From NCBI RefSeq assembly GCF_009914755.1, contig NC_060929.1: a stretch of DNA of 64,000 bases; one strand, written 5' to 3'. Source of the stretch: the human T2T-CHM13v2.0 reference genome, Homo sapiens. The notes below the pieces were generated by a model that was not told the DNA's origin, ran no database searches, and saw only the letters and a list, made by a program, of their open reading frames with translations. Below are positions 9,926 to 24,455 of this stretch, one piece after another. Numbering within the stretch: position 1 is the first letter of the stretch; every line of letters begins with the position of its first letter. Both the position numbers and the translations under genes were made by a program.

Positions 9926-12900
9926 CACATGAAAAAGAAGTTACTCAGAATGCTTCTACCTAGTTTTTATGTGAAGATATTTCTTTTTCACCATAGGACT
10001 CAAATGGCTCAGAAATATCCCTTTGCAGATTCTACAAAAAGTCTTTTTCCAAACTGCTCAATGAAAAGAAAGGTTCAACCCTGTGAGATGAATGCACACA
10101 TGAAAAAGAAGTTTCTCAGGATGCTTCTATCTAGTTTTTATGTGAAGATATTTTTTTTCACCATAGGCCTCAAATAGCTCAGAAATATCCATTTGCAGAT
10201 TGTACAAAAAGATTGTTTCCAAACTGCTCACTGAAAAGAAAGATTCAACTCTGTGAGATGAATGCAAATATCACAAAGAGGTTTCTCAAAAAACTTCTGT
10301 CTAGTTTTTATGTGAAGATATTTCCTTTTTAACCATAGGCATCAAACCACTCACAAATATCCCTTTGCAGATTACACAAAAAGACTGTTTCCAAACTGCT
10401 CAATGAAAAGAAAGGTTCAACCCTGTGAGAAGAATGCACACATGAAAAAGAAGTTTCTCAGAATGCTTCTGTCTAGTTTTTATGTGAAGATATTTCTTTT
10501 TCACCATAGGCCTCAATCTGCTCAGAAATATTCCTTTGCAGATTACACAAAAAGACTGTTTACAAACTGCTCAATGAAAAGAAACGTTCAACCCTGTGAG
10601 AAGAACACACACATAAAAAAAAGTTTCTCAGATTGCTTCTGTCTGGTTTTTATGTGAAAATATTTCCTTTTTTACCATAGGTCTCAATCCGCTCAGAAAT
10701 ATCCATTTGCAGATTGTACAAAAATACTGTTTCCAAACTGCTCACTGAAAAGAAAGGGTCAACTCTGTGAGATGAATGCAAATATCACAAAGGGGTTTCT
10801 CAAAGAGCTTCTGTCTAGTTTTTATGTGAAGATATTTCCTATTTCACCATAGGCCATAAATGGCTCTGAAATATAACTTTGCACATTCCACAAAAGGACT
10901 GTTTCTAAACTGCTCAATCAGAAGAAAGGTTCAACTCTGTGAGACAAATGGACACATCACAAAGAAGATTCCCAGAGTGTTTCTGTCTAGTTTTTATGTG
11001 AAGATATTTCTTTTCCACCATCAGCCTCAAATGGCTCAGAAATATCCCTTTGCAGATTATAAAAAAAAAAAAAACCTGCTTCCAAACTGCTTAATCAAAA
11101 GAAAGGTTCATCCCTGTGAGATGAATGATCACATCAAAAATAAGTTTTTCAGAAAGATTCTGCTTAGTTTTTATATGAAGATATTTCATTTTCACCATAT
11201 TCCTCAAAGGGCTCCAAATATCCATTAGCAGACTCTACAAAAAGAGTGTTTCCAAACTCCTCAATCAAAATAAAGTTTCAACTCTGTAAGATGAAAGCAC
11301 ACATCACAAAGAAGTTTCTCAGAAAGTTTCTGACTACTTTTTATGTGAAGATATTACCTATTTCACAATAGGCCTCAATGGTTTCACAAATATCCCTTTG
11401 CAGATACTAAAAAGGACTGTTTCCACAATGCTCAACCAAAAGAAAGTTTCAACTTTGTGAGATGAAAGCACATATCACAAAGAGGTTTCTCAAAATGCTG
11501 CTGTCTAGTTTTTATGTGAAGATATTTCCTTTTTCACCATAGGCCTTGAAACACTCAGAAATATTCCTCTGCAGATACTACAAAAAGACTGTTTCCAAAC
11601 TGCTACATCAATAGAAAATTTCAATTCTGTGAGATGAATGCACACAACACAAAGAAGTTTCCCAGAATGCTTCTGTCTAGTTTTTATGTGAAGATATTTC
11701 TTTTTTATCATAGCCTCAAAATGCTCCAAATATCCATTTGGAGATTATTCAAAAAGTCTGTTTCAAAACTGCTCAATTAAAAGAAACACTCAACTCTGTG
11801 AGATGAAAGCATGCATCACAGGAAGTTTCTCAGAAAGCTTCTGTCTACTTTTTATGTGAACATATTTCCTATTTCACCATAGGCCAAAAAGGGCTCACAA
11901 ATATCCCTTTGCAGATTCTACAAAAGGACTATTTCCAAACTGTTCAATAAAAAGAAACTTTCAACCCTGTGAGATGAATGCAGATATCACAATGAAGTTT
12001 CTCAGAATGCTTCTGTCTAGTTTTTATGTGAAGATATTTCCTTTTTCAACATAAGCCTCAAAATACTCACACATATCCCTATGCAGATACTACAAAAAGA
12101 CTGTTTCCAAACTGCTCCATCAAAAGAAAGGTTGAACTCTGTTAGATGTATGCACACAGCACAAAAAAGTTTCTCATAATGCTTTTGCCTAGTTTTTATG
12201 TGAAGATATTTCCCTTTTCACCATAGGCATCAAAGTGCTCCAAATATTGATTTGTAGATTCTACAAAAAGACTGTTTCCAAACTGCTCAATCAAAAGAAA
12301 AGTTCAACTCTGGGAGTTGAATGCACACATCACAAAGAAGTTTCTGGGAAATATTCTGTTTAGGTTTATGTGAAGATATTACCTTTTTGACCATAGGCTG
12401 GAAAGCACTCTGAATATCCATTTGCAGATTCTACAAAAATGGTGTTTCCAAACTGCTCTATCAAAAGAAAGGTTCAACTCTGTGAGATGAATGCACACAT
12501 CACAAAGTAGTTTCTCAGAATGCTTCTGTCTAGTTTTTACGTGAAGATATTGTCTTTTTCACCATAGGCCACAAAGCACACCAAATATCAATTGGCAGAT
12601 TCTACAAAAAGACGGTTTCCAAACTGCTCAATCAAAAGAAAGTTTCAACTACGGGAGATGAATGCACACATCACAAAGAAGTTTCTCAGAAAGCTTCTGT
12701 TTAGTTTTTATGTTAAGGTATTTCCTGTTTCACCACAGGACATAAAGGGCTCACAAATATCCCTTTTCTGGTTCTACGAAAACACTGTTACCAAACTGCT
12801 CAATCAAAAGAAAGGTTCAACACTGTGAGATGAATGGACACATTACAAAGAAATTTCTCAGAAGGTTTCTCTCTAGTTTTTATATGAAGATACTTGTTTT

Positions 12901-15900
12901 TCACAATAGGTCTCAAAAGGCTCGGAAATATCCCTTTGCAAATTGTACAAAAACACTGTTTCCAAACTGCTCTATCAAAAGAAAGATTCAACTCTGGGAG
13001 AAGAATGCAAATGTCACAAAGAAGTTTCTCAAAAAGCTTCCATTTTGCTTTTAGTGAAGATATTTCCTTTTTCATCATAGGCCTCAAAGCGCCGCAACTA
13101 TCCATTTGAAGATTCTACAAAAAGAGTGTTTCCAAACTGCTCAAACAAAAGAAAGGTTCAACTGTGAGATGAATGCACACAAAACAAAGAAGTTTCTCAG
13201 AATGCTTCTGTCTAGGTTTTATGTGAAGATATTTCCATTTTCACAATTGTCCTGAAAGCACTCCAAATATCCATTTGCAGATTCTACAAAAAGACTGTTT
13301 CCAAACTGCTCAAGCAAAAGAGAGGTTGAACTTTGTGAGATGAAAGCACACAACACAAAGAAGTTTCTCAGAATGCTTCTCTCTAGATTTTATATGAAGA
13401 CACTTCTTTCTCAACACAGGCCTCAAATGACTCGGAATTATCCCTTTGCAGATTGTACAAAAAGACAGTTTCCAAACTGCACAATCAAAAGAAAGGTTCA
13501 ACTCTGGGAGATGAATGCACACATCACAAAGAAGTTTCTCACAAAGCTTCTGTTTATTTTTTACCTGAAGATATTTCCTTTTTCACCATACACCTCAAAG
13601 CGCTCCAAATATCCATTTCTGTATTCTACAAAAAGAAAGTTTCCAAACTGCTCAATCAAAAGAAAGGTTCAACTCTGTGAGATAAATGCACACATCACAA
13701 TGAATTTTCTCAGAATGTTTCTGTCTAGTTTTTGTGTAAAGATATTTCATTTTTATCCATAGGTCTTAAATCAGTCACAAATATCCCTCTACAGATACTA
13801 CAAAAAGAATGCTTCCAACCTGCTGTATAAAAAGAAAGGTTCAACTCTGTCACATGAATGAAACCATTACAAAGGTGTTTCTCAGAATAATTCCATATAG
13901 TGTTTATGTGATGATATTTCCTTTATCAACACAGGCCTTAAACCACCCAAAAATATTCCTCTTCAGACACCACAAAAGGACTGTTTCCAAATTGCTCCAC
14001 CAAAAGAAAGGTTCAACTCTGTGAGGTGAATGCACACATCACAAAGAAGTTTCTCAGAATGCTTCTGTCTAATTTTTATGTGAAGATATTTCCTTTTTCA
14101 CTGTAGACATCAAATCACTCCAAATATCGATTTGTAGATTCTACAAAAAGGCTGTTTCCAAACTGCTCAATAAAAAGAAAGGTTCAACTCTGAGAGATGA
14201 ATGCACACATCACAAGGAAGATTCTCAGAAAGCTTCTGTTTAGATTTTTTGTGATAATAGTTTCTTTTTCACCACAGGCCTCAAAGCACTCCAAATATCT
14301 ATTTTCAAATTCTACTAAAAGAGAATTTCCAAGTTGTTCAATCAAAAGAAAGGTTCAACTCTTTGAGATGAATGCACACATAACAAAGAAGTTTCTCAGA
14401 ATGATTCTGTCTAGTTTTTATGTGAAGATATTTCCTTTTTCACCATAGACCTTAGACAGCTCAAAAATATCCCCCTGCAGATACTACAAAAAGACTGTTT
14501 CCAAACTGCTCCATCAAAACAAGGTTCAACTCTGTAAGATGAATGCACACATCACAAAGAAGTTTCTCAGAATGCTTCTGCCTAGTTTTGATGTGAAGAT
14601 ATTTCCTTTTTCAACTTTGCCCTCATAGTGCCCCAAATATCCATTTGCAGATGCTACAAAAAGACAGTTTCCAAACTTTTCAAAAAAAGAAACGTTCAAC
14701 TCCGTGAGATGAAAGCATACATCACAAAGAAGTTTCTTAGAAAACTTCTGTCTAGTTTTTATGTGAAGATATTTCCTATTTCACCATAGGTCATAAAGGG
14801 CTCACAAATATCACTTTGCAGGTTCTACGAGAACACTTTTTCCAAACTGCTCAATCAAAATAAAGGTTCAATTCTGTGACATGAATGCACACATCACAAA
14901 GAATTTTCTCAGAATGCTTCTGTCTAGTTTTTATGTGAAGATATTTCCTTTTTCACCATAGGCACTAAAGCATTCACAAATATCCCTCTGTATATTCTAC
15001 AAAAAGACTGTTTCTAAAATTCTCCTTCAAAAGAAAGTTGAACTCTGAGATGAATGCACACTTCACAAAGGAATTTCTCAGAATGCTTATGTCTAGTTTT
15101 TATGGGAAGATATTCCCTTTTTCACAATAGTCCTCAAAGCATTACAAATATTCATTTGAAGATTCTACAAAAAGACAGTTTCCAAATTTCTCAATCAAAA
15201 GAAAATTTCAACTCTGTGAGATGAAAACACACATCACAAAGAAGTTTCTCAGAAAGCTTCTGTCTAGTTTTTATGTGAACATATTTCCTATTTCACCATA
15301 GGCCTCAATGGGCTCACAAATATCCCTTTGCAGATTCTACAAAAGCACTGTTTCCAAACTCGTCAATAAAAAGAAAGGTTTGACTCTGTGAGGTGAATTC
15401 ACACATCACGAAGAAGTTTCTCAGAATGCTTCTGTATAGTTTTTATGTGAAGATATTTCCTTTTTCACAGTAGGCCTCAAAGCGCTTCAAATGACCACTT
15501 GCAGATTCTACACAAAGACTGTTTCCACACTGCTCAATCAAAGGAAGTTTCAACTCTGTGTAATGAATGCACATATCACAAAGAAGTTTCTCAGAAAACT
15601 TCTGTTTAGTTTTTATGTGAAGTTATTTCCTTTTTTTCCATAGGCCTCAAAGCACTCCAAATATCCATTTGCAGATTCTACAGAAAGAGTGTTTCCAAAC
15701 TGCTCAATCAAAAGAATGGTTCAACTCTGTGAGATGAAAGCATGCATCACAAAGAACTTTCCCAGAAATCTTCTGTTTAGTTTTCTTGTGAAGATATTTC
15801 CTATTTCACAATCACCTCAATGAGCTCACAAATATCCCATTGCAGATTCTACAAAAGGACTGTTTTGAAACTGTTCAAACAAAAGAAAGGTTCAATTCTG

Positions 15901-18900
15901 TGGAATGAATGCACACATCACAAAGAACTTTTTCAGAATGATTCTGTCTAGTTTTTATGTGAAGATATTTACTTTTTCATCATAGTCCTCAAAGCACTCC
16001 AAATATCCATTCGCAGATTCTACCAAAAGACTATTTCCAACTGCTCAAGAAAAAGAAGGGTTCAACCCTGAGAGATGAATGCACACATCACAAAGATGTC
16101 TTCCAGAATGCTTCTGTCCAGTTTTTATGGGAAAATATTTCCTATTTCACCATAGGCAATAAAAGGCTCAAATATATCACTTTGCAGATTCTACAAAAAG
16201 ACTGTTTCCAAACTGCTCAGACAAAAGAAAGTTTCAACTCTGTGAGATAAATGGACACATCACAAAGAAGTTCCTCAGAATGCTTCTCTCGAGTTTTTCT
16301 GTGAAGGTACTACTTTTTCACCATAGGCCTCAAACAGCTCTGAAATATCCCTTGCAGATTGTAGGAAAAGACAGTTTCCAAACTGCTCAATGAAAAGAAA
16401 GGTTCAATACTGTGAGATGAATGCACCCATCACAAAGAAGTTTCTCACAAAGCTTCTGTCTAGTTTTTATGTGAAGATATTTCCTATTTCACAATAGGCC
16501 TCAATCAGCTCACAAATATCCCTTTTGCAGATACTACAAAAGCACTGTTTCCAAACTGTTCCAACAAAACTAATGTTCAACTCTGTGAAATGAATGCACA
16601 CATCAAAAAGAAGTTTCTCAGACTGCTTCTGTGTACTTACTATGTGAAGGTATTTCCTTTTTCACCATAGACCTCAAAGCTCTCCAAATATCCATTTTCA
16701 GATTCTACCTAAAGACTGTTTCCAAACTGCTCAAACAAAAGAAAGGTTCAACTATCAGAAATGAAAGACACAACACAAAGAAGTTTCTCAGAATGCTTCT
16801 GTCTAATTTTTATGTGAAATATTTCCTATTTCACCATATGCCATAAAGGGCTCAAAAATATCTCTTTGCAGAACGTACAAAAAGACAGTTTCCAAACTGC
16901 TCAAAGAAAACAAAGGTTCAAATCTGTGAGATCAATGGACACATCACAAACAAGTTTCTCAGAATGCTTCTGTCTAGTTTTTATGTGAATACATTACTTT
17001 TCCACCATAGGCCTCAAGCAGCTCACAAATATTCCCTTACAGATTGTACAAAAAGAATGTTTCCAAACTGCTTAATCAATAGAAACTTTCAACTCTGTGA
17101 GGTGAAAGCATACATCACAGAGATATTTCTCAGAAAGCTTCTGTCTAGTTTTTGTGTGAAGATATTTCCTATTTCACCATACGCCATCAATGGATCACAG
17201 ATATCCCATTCCAGATTCTGCAAGAGGACACTTTCCAAACTGTTCAATCAAAAGAAAGGTGCAACTCTGTGAGATGACTGCACACATCACAAATAAGTTT
17301 CTCAGAATGCTTCTGTCTAGATTTTATGCGAGGACATTTTCTGTGTCACCATAGGCCTCAAAGCAATCCAAATATCCATTTGCAGATACTACATAAACAC
17401 TGTTTGCAAGCTGCTCAATCAAAAGAAAGGTTGAACTCTGTGAGATGAAACATACATCTCAAAGAAGTTTCTCACAAAGCTTCTGTGTCGTTTTTATTGG
17501 CGATATTTCATATTGCACAATAGGCCATAAACGGCTCACAAATATCCTTTTGCAGATTGTACAAAAAGACTGTTTCCAAACTGCTCAATCAAAAGAAAAG
17601 TTCAATGGTGTGAGATGAATGCGCACATCACAAAGGAGTTTCTCAGAATGCTTCTGTCTAGTTTTTATGTGAAGATATTTCCTTCTTCACCACAGGCCTC
17701 AAAGTGCTCCAAATATTCATTTGAAGATTCTACAAAGAGACTCTTTCCAAACTGCTCAATCAAAAGAAAGATTGATCTCTTTGAGATGAAAGCACACATC
17801 ACAAAAAGTTTCACAGAAAACTTCTGTCTAGTTTTTATGTGATAATATTTCCTATTTCATGATATGCTTCCATGTGCTCACAAATATCCTTTTTCAGATT
17901 CTACAAAAGGACTGTTTCCAAACTGTTCAATCAAAAAAAAGGTTCAACTCTGAGAGATGAATGCACACATCACAAAGAAGTTTCTCATAAAGCCTCTGTT
18001 TAGTTTTTATGTGAATATATTTCCTTTTTCACCATCTGCCTCAATGTGCTGCAAATATCCATTTGCAGATTCTACAAAAAGAGTGTTTCCAAACTGCTCC
18101 ATCAAAAGAAAGATTCAGTTCCATGAGATGAATGCACCCATCACAAAGGAGTTTCTCAGAATGCCTCTGTCTAATTTTTTTTGATGATATTTCATTTTCC
18201 ACTATAGGTCTCAAAGTGCTGCAAATATCCATTTACAGATTCTACAAAACGACTGTTTCCAAACTGCTCTATCATAATAAAGGTTCAACTCTGGGAGAGG
18301 AAATCACACATAACAAAGAAGTTCCTCAGAAACTTCTGTCTAGTTTTTGTGTGAAGATATTTCCTATTTCACCATAGGCTGCAAAGGGCTCAAAAGTATC
18401 CCTTTGCAGATTCTGCAAAAGGACTCGTTCAAAAAAGCCCACTCAAAGGAAAGTTTCATCTGTGTGAGATGAATACACAGATCACAAAGTAGTTTCTTAG
18501 AATGCTTCTGTCTAGTTTTTATGTGAAGATATTTCCTTTTTCATCATAGGCCTTAAACCACTCACAAATATACCTCTGCAGATACTACAAAATGACTGTT
18601 TGCCAACTGCTCAATCAAAGGAAAGGTGCATCTCTGTGAGATAAATGCACACATCACAGAGAAGCTTATCAGAATGCTTCTGTCTAATTTTTATGTGAAG
18701 ATATTTCCTTTTTCACCATAGGCCTCAATGTGCTCTAAATATCCATTTGTAGACCCCACAAAAAGACGGTTTCCAAACTGCTCAATCAAAAGAACGTTTC
18801 AACTCTGGTAGATGAAATTGTATATGACAATGAAGTTTCTCAGAAAGCTTCTGTCTAGTTTTTGAATGGAGATATTTCCTATTTCATCACAGGACAGAAA

Positions 18901-21900
18901 CGGCTCAAAAATATACATTTTCAGATTCTACAAAAGGACTCTTTACAAACTGCTCCATCAAAAGAATGGTTCAATTCTGTGAGATGAATACACCAATTAC
19001 AAAAAGATTCTCAGAATGCTTCTGTCTAGTTTTTATGTGAAGGTATTTTCTTTTTCACCATAGGCATTACATTGCTCACAAATATTCCTCTGCAGCTACT
19101 ACAAAAAGACCATTTCCAAAATGCTCATTCAAAAGAAAGGTTCAACTCTGTGACATGAAAGGGCGCATTACTATGAAGTTTCTCAGAATGCTTCTCTCTA
19201 GTTTTTAAATGAAGATACTTCTTTTTCACCATAGGCCCAAATGGACTCACAAATATCCCTTTACAGATTGTAGGAAAGGACTGCTTCCAAACTGTTCAAA
19301 TGAAAGAAAGTTTCAACTCTGTGAGATGAATGCAAACATCACAAAGAAGTTCCTCAGAATGTTTCTGCCTAGTTTTTATGTGAAGATATTTCATTTTTCA
19401 CCATAGGTCTCAAAGTGCTTCAAATATCCATTTGCAGATTCTACCAAAAGACTGTTTCCAAACTGCTCAAACAAAAGAAAGGTTCAACTATCAGAAATGA
19501 ATGGACACAACACAAAGAAGTTTCTCAGAATGCCTCTGTGCACTTTTTATGTGAAAATACTTATTTTTCACCACAGGCCTCAAATGTCTCGGAAACATCC
19601 CTTGCAGATTGTACAAAAAGACTGTGTCCAAACTGCTCAATCAAAAGTAGGTTTCAAATCCGTGAGGTGAATGCACCCATCACAAAGAAGTTTCTCAGAA
19701 AACTTCTCTTATTTTTTCTGTGAAGATATTTCCTTTTTCACCACAGGCCTCCAAGTGCTCCAAATATCCATATGCAGATTATACAAAAAGAATGTTTCCA
19801 AACTGCTCCATCAAAAAAAGGTTCAACTCTGTGAGATGAATGCACACATCATAGAGGAGTTTGTTAGAATTCTTCTGTCTAGTTTTTATGTGATGATATT
19901 TCCTTTTTCACCATAGGCCTAAACTGCTCACAAATATCCCTCTGCAGATAATACAAAAAGACTGTTTCCAAACTGCTCCATCAAAAGAAAGGTTCAACTT
20001 TGTGAGAGGAATGCACACAACAAAAAGCAGTTTCTCAGAATGCTTCTGTCTAGATTTTATGTCAAGATATTTCCTTTTTCTCCATAGGCCTGAAAGTGCT
20101 CCAAATATTCATTTGTAGATTCTACAAAAAGACTGTTTCCAAACTGCTCAATCAAAGAAAGTTTCAACTCTGTGGGATGAAAGCACACATCACAAACTAG
20201 TTTCTCAGAAAGCTTCTGTCTAGGTTTTATGTAAAGATATTTCCTATTTAGCATAGGCCACAATGGGCTCACAAATATCCCTCTGCAGATTCTTCTAATG
20301 GACTGTTTCCAAACTGTTCAAGAAAAAAAAGGGGTGTTGCCAAACTGCTCCAAAAAACGAAATGTTCCACTCTGTGAGGTAAATGCACACATCACAAAGA
20401 AGTTTCTCAGAATGCTTCTGTCTAGTTTTTATGTGAAGATACTTCCTTTTGGACCATAGGCCTCAAAGCTCTCCAAATGTCCATTTGGAGATCCTACAAA
20501 AACACTGCTTCCAAACTACTCAATGAAAAGTAACGTTCAACTCCGTGGGAAGAAAGCATACATCACAAAGTTTCTCAGAAAGTTTCTGTCTAGTTTTGGT
20601 GTGAACATATTTCCTATTTCATCGTAGGCCATAAAGGGCTCACAAATATCCTTCTGCAGATTCTACGAAAGGACTCTCTCCAAACTGCTCAGTCAAAAGA
20701 AAGGCTCAACTCTGTGAGATGAATGCAAATATCACAAAAAAATTCTCAGAATGCTTCTGTCTAGTTTTTATGTGAAGGTATTTCCTTTTTCACCATAGTC
20801 CTCAAAGTGCTCCAAGTATAGATTTGTAGATTCTACAAAAAGACTCTGTCGAAACTACTCAATCAAAAGAAAGGTTGAACACTGGGAGATGAATGCACAA
20901 ATCACAAAGAAGAAGTTTCTCAGAATGCTTCTGTCTAGTTTTTATGTGAAGATATTTCCTTTTTCACCATAGGCCTTAAACCGGTCACAATTATCCCTAT
21001 GCAGATACTACAAGAAGACTGTTTCCAAACTGCTCCATCAAAATAAAAGTTCAACTCTGAGAAATGATTGCATACATCACAAAGAAGTGTCTCAGAATGC
21101 TTCTGTCTAGTTACTATGTGAAGATATTTCCTTTTTCACCATAGGTCTCAAAGTGCTCCAAATATCCATTTGCAGACTCTACAAAAAGACTATCTCTAAA
21201 CTGCACAATCATCAGAAAGGTTCAAGTCTGTGAGATGGAAGCATACATCAGATAGAAGTTTCTCCGTAAGCTTCTGTCTAGTTTTTATGTGAAGATATTT
21301 CCCTTTTCACCATAGGCCTTAAACTGCTCACAAATATCCCTCTGCACATACTACAAAGATACTCTTTCCAAACAGCTCCATCAAAGGGAAGGTTCAACTC
21401 TGTGAGATAAATGCAAACATCACAAAGGATTTTGTCAGAATTCTTCTGTCTAGTTTTAATGTGAAGATATTTCCTTTTTCACCTTCAGCCTCAAAGCGCT
21501 CCAAATATCCAGTTGCATATTCTACAAAAGTGCTTTTTCCAAACTGCTCAATCCAAAGAATTGTTCAATGCCATGAAATAAAAGCACACATCACAAAGTA
21601 GTTTGTCAGAAAGCTTCTGTCTAGTTTTTATTGAAGATATTTCCTGTTTCACCATAGGCTTCAATGGGCATAAAAATATCCCTTTGCAGATTTTACAAAA
21701 GGACTGTTTCCAAACTGTTCAAACAAAAGAGAGGTTCAACTCTGTGAGATGCAATCACACATCACAAAAAAGTTTGTCAAAATGCTTCTGTCTACTTTTT
21801 ATGTTGATATATTTCCTATTTCATCATAGGACATAAAGGGCTGAAAAATATCCCTTTGCAGATTGTACAAAAAGACTGTTTCCAAACTGCTGAATCAAAA

Positions 21901-24275
21901 GAAAGGTTCAACACTTTGAGATGAATGGACACAACACAAATAAGTTTCTCATAATGCTTCTGTCTAATTTTTATGTGAAGATACTTCTTTTTCACAATAG
22001 GCCTCAAACAGCTTGGAATTATCCATTTGCAGATTGTACAAAAAGACTGTTTCCAAACTGTTCAATCAAAAGGAACATTCAAATCTGTGAGAGGAATGCA
22101 CACATCACAAAGAAGTTTCTCAGAAAGCTTCTGTTTAGTTTTAATATGGAGATATTTCCTTTTTCACTATAGGCCTTGAAGCACTACAAATATCCATTTG
22201 TAGAGTCTACAAAAGAGTTTTTCCAAACTGCTCCATCAAAAGAAAGGTTGAACTGTGAGAGATGAAGCATACAGAACAAAGAAGTTTCTCAGAAATATTC
22301 TGTCTAGTTTTTATGTGAAGATATTTCCTATTTCATCGTAGGCCATAAAGTTCTCACAAATATCCCTTTGCAGATTCTACAAAAACAGTGTTTCCAAACT
22401 GCTCAATCAAAGAAAGGTTCAACCCTCTGAGACGAATGCAGGCATCACAAAGAAGTTTCTCAGAATTCTTCTCTTTACTTGTTATGTGAAGATATTTTCT
22501 TTTTCACCATAGGCCTCATAGCATTCCAAATGCCCATTTGCAAATTCCACAAAAAGACTGTTTCCAAACTGCTCAATAAAAACTAACGTTCATCTCTGTC
22601 AGATGAAATCATACATCACAAAGAAGTTTCTCAGTGAGCTTCTGTCTAGTTTTTATGTGAAGATATTTCCTTTTTCACCATAGTACTTAAACTGCTTACA
22701 AATATCCCTCTGCAGAAACTTCAAAAAGACTCTTTCCAAACTGCTCCATCAAAAGAAAGGTTCGTCTCTGTGAGATGAATGCACACAGAGCAAAGAAGTT
22801 TCTAAGAATGCTTCTGTCTAGTTTTTATTTGAAGATACTTCATTTTTCACCATAGGCCTTAACTGCTCACAAATATCGCTCTGCAGTTACTAAAAAAAAG
22901 ACTCCTTCCAATGTGCACCATCAAAAGAAACGTTCAGCTCTGTGAGATGCATGCACACATCACAAAGGAGTTTCTCAAAATGCCTCTGTCTAGTTTTTAT
23001 GTGTAGATATTTCCTTTTCAACATAGGCCTCAAAGTGCTCCAAATATCCACTTGCAGATTCTACAAATAGATGGTTTCCAAACCGCTCAATCAAAAGAAA
23101 GGTTCAACTCTGTGAGATGAATGCAAACATCACAAAGAATGTTCTTGAAAGCTTCTGTTTAGTTTTTATATGAAGATATTTCCTTTTTCACCACAGGCCT
23201 TAAATGGCTCAGAAATATTCCTTGGCAGATTATACAAAAAGACCGTTTCCAAACTGCTCAATCGAAAGAAATGTTCAACTCTGTGAGATGAATGCTCACA
23301 TCACAAAGTAATTTCTCAGAAAGCTTCTGTTTACTTTTTATGTGAAGAAATTTCCTTTTTCACCATAAGCCTCAAAGTGCCCCTAATATCCACTTGCAGA
23401 TTCTACAAAAAGAGTGTTTCAAAACTGCTCAATCAAAAGAAAGTTTGAACTCTGTGAGATGAATGCAAACATCAAAAAGAAGGTTCTCAGAAAGCTTCTG
23501 TCTGCTTTTATGTGAAGATATTTCCTGTTTCATCATAGGCCATAAAGGGCTCACAAATATCCCTTTACAGATCCTATGAAAAGACTGTTTACAAAATGCT
23601 CAGTCATCAAAAGAAAGTTTCAACTCTGTGAGATGAACGGACATATCCAAAAGAAGTTTCTCAGAATGCTTCCATCTAGTTTTTATGTGAAGATGTTTCT
23701 TTTTCACCATAGGCCTAAAACAGCTCAGAAATATCCCTTTGCAGATTCTACAAGAAGACTGTTTCGAACCTGTTCCATCAAAAGAAGGGCTCAAATCTTT
23801 GAGATGAATGCAGGCATCACAAAGAAGTTTCTCAGAATGCTTCCATCTGGTTTTATGTGAAGATATTTCCTTTTTCACCGTATACCTCAAAGGGCTCCAA
23901 GTATCCATTTGTAGATTCCACAAAAATGTTTTTTCCAAACTTCTCAATCAAAAGAAAGGTTCAACTCTGGGAGACGAAAGCATACATCATAAAGAAGTTT
24001 CTCAGAAAGCTTCTGTCTAGTTTTTATTTGAAGATATTTCCTATTCCACAGTAGGCCATACAGGGCTCAAAAATATCCCTTTGCAGATTCTATGAAAAGA
24101 CTGTTTCAAAATTGCTCAATCAAAGTAAAGTTTCAAATCTGGGAGATGAATGGACACATTACAAAGAAGTTTCTTAGAATGCTTCTGTCTAGCTTTTATG
24201 TGAAGAAATTTCCTTTTTCACCATAGGCCTCAAAGTGCTCCAAATATACATTTGTAGATTCTACAAAAAGACTGA
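9926..24275 (-). repeat. Monomeric A-type alpha satellite, older layer
   Basis: Divergent 171-bp monomers with 'cctttttcaccatagg' and 'cctatttcaccataggccataaagggctcacaaatatccc' variants; no CENP-B box. Confidence 0.92.
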
Positions 24276-24455
24276 ATTTTTTTTTATTTGGAAATACTAT
24301 TTTATTCCTTTATAATCTATATATATATATATCTTAATACTTTCTGTGTGTCAGATAATACACTGGGTCCTGAGGAAAACAAGGTATAAAAATAATTTTT
24401 CTCATACTTGAGAAGATTTTAGTCTAGTGGGAAATGATTGAGATGAGTCATTTCC
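24276..24455 (-). mobile_element. 180-bp retrotransposed non-satellite insert (orphan L1 3' transduction or short retrocopy) containing a degenerate L2-like fragment
   Basis: Flanked by the direct repeat caaaaagactga (24264-24275 and 24456-24467). T9 tract at 24277-24285 (poly(A) on minus), and tttatt (AATAAA on minus) at 24301-24306. Removing the insert restores a normal monomer. Confidence 0.8.

Noticed and set aside
11061-11074. A14 tract resembling a retroposon tail
   Set aside because: It lies at the monomer's normal A-run with no TSD, consistent with slippage or a homopolymer error.
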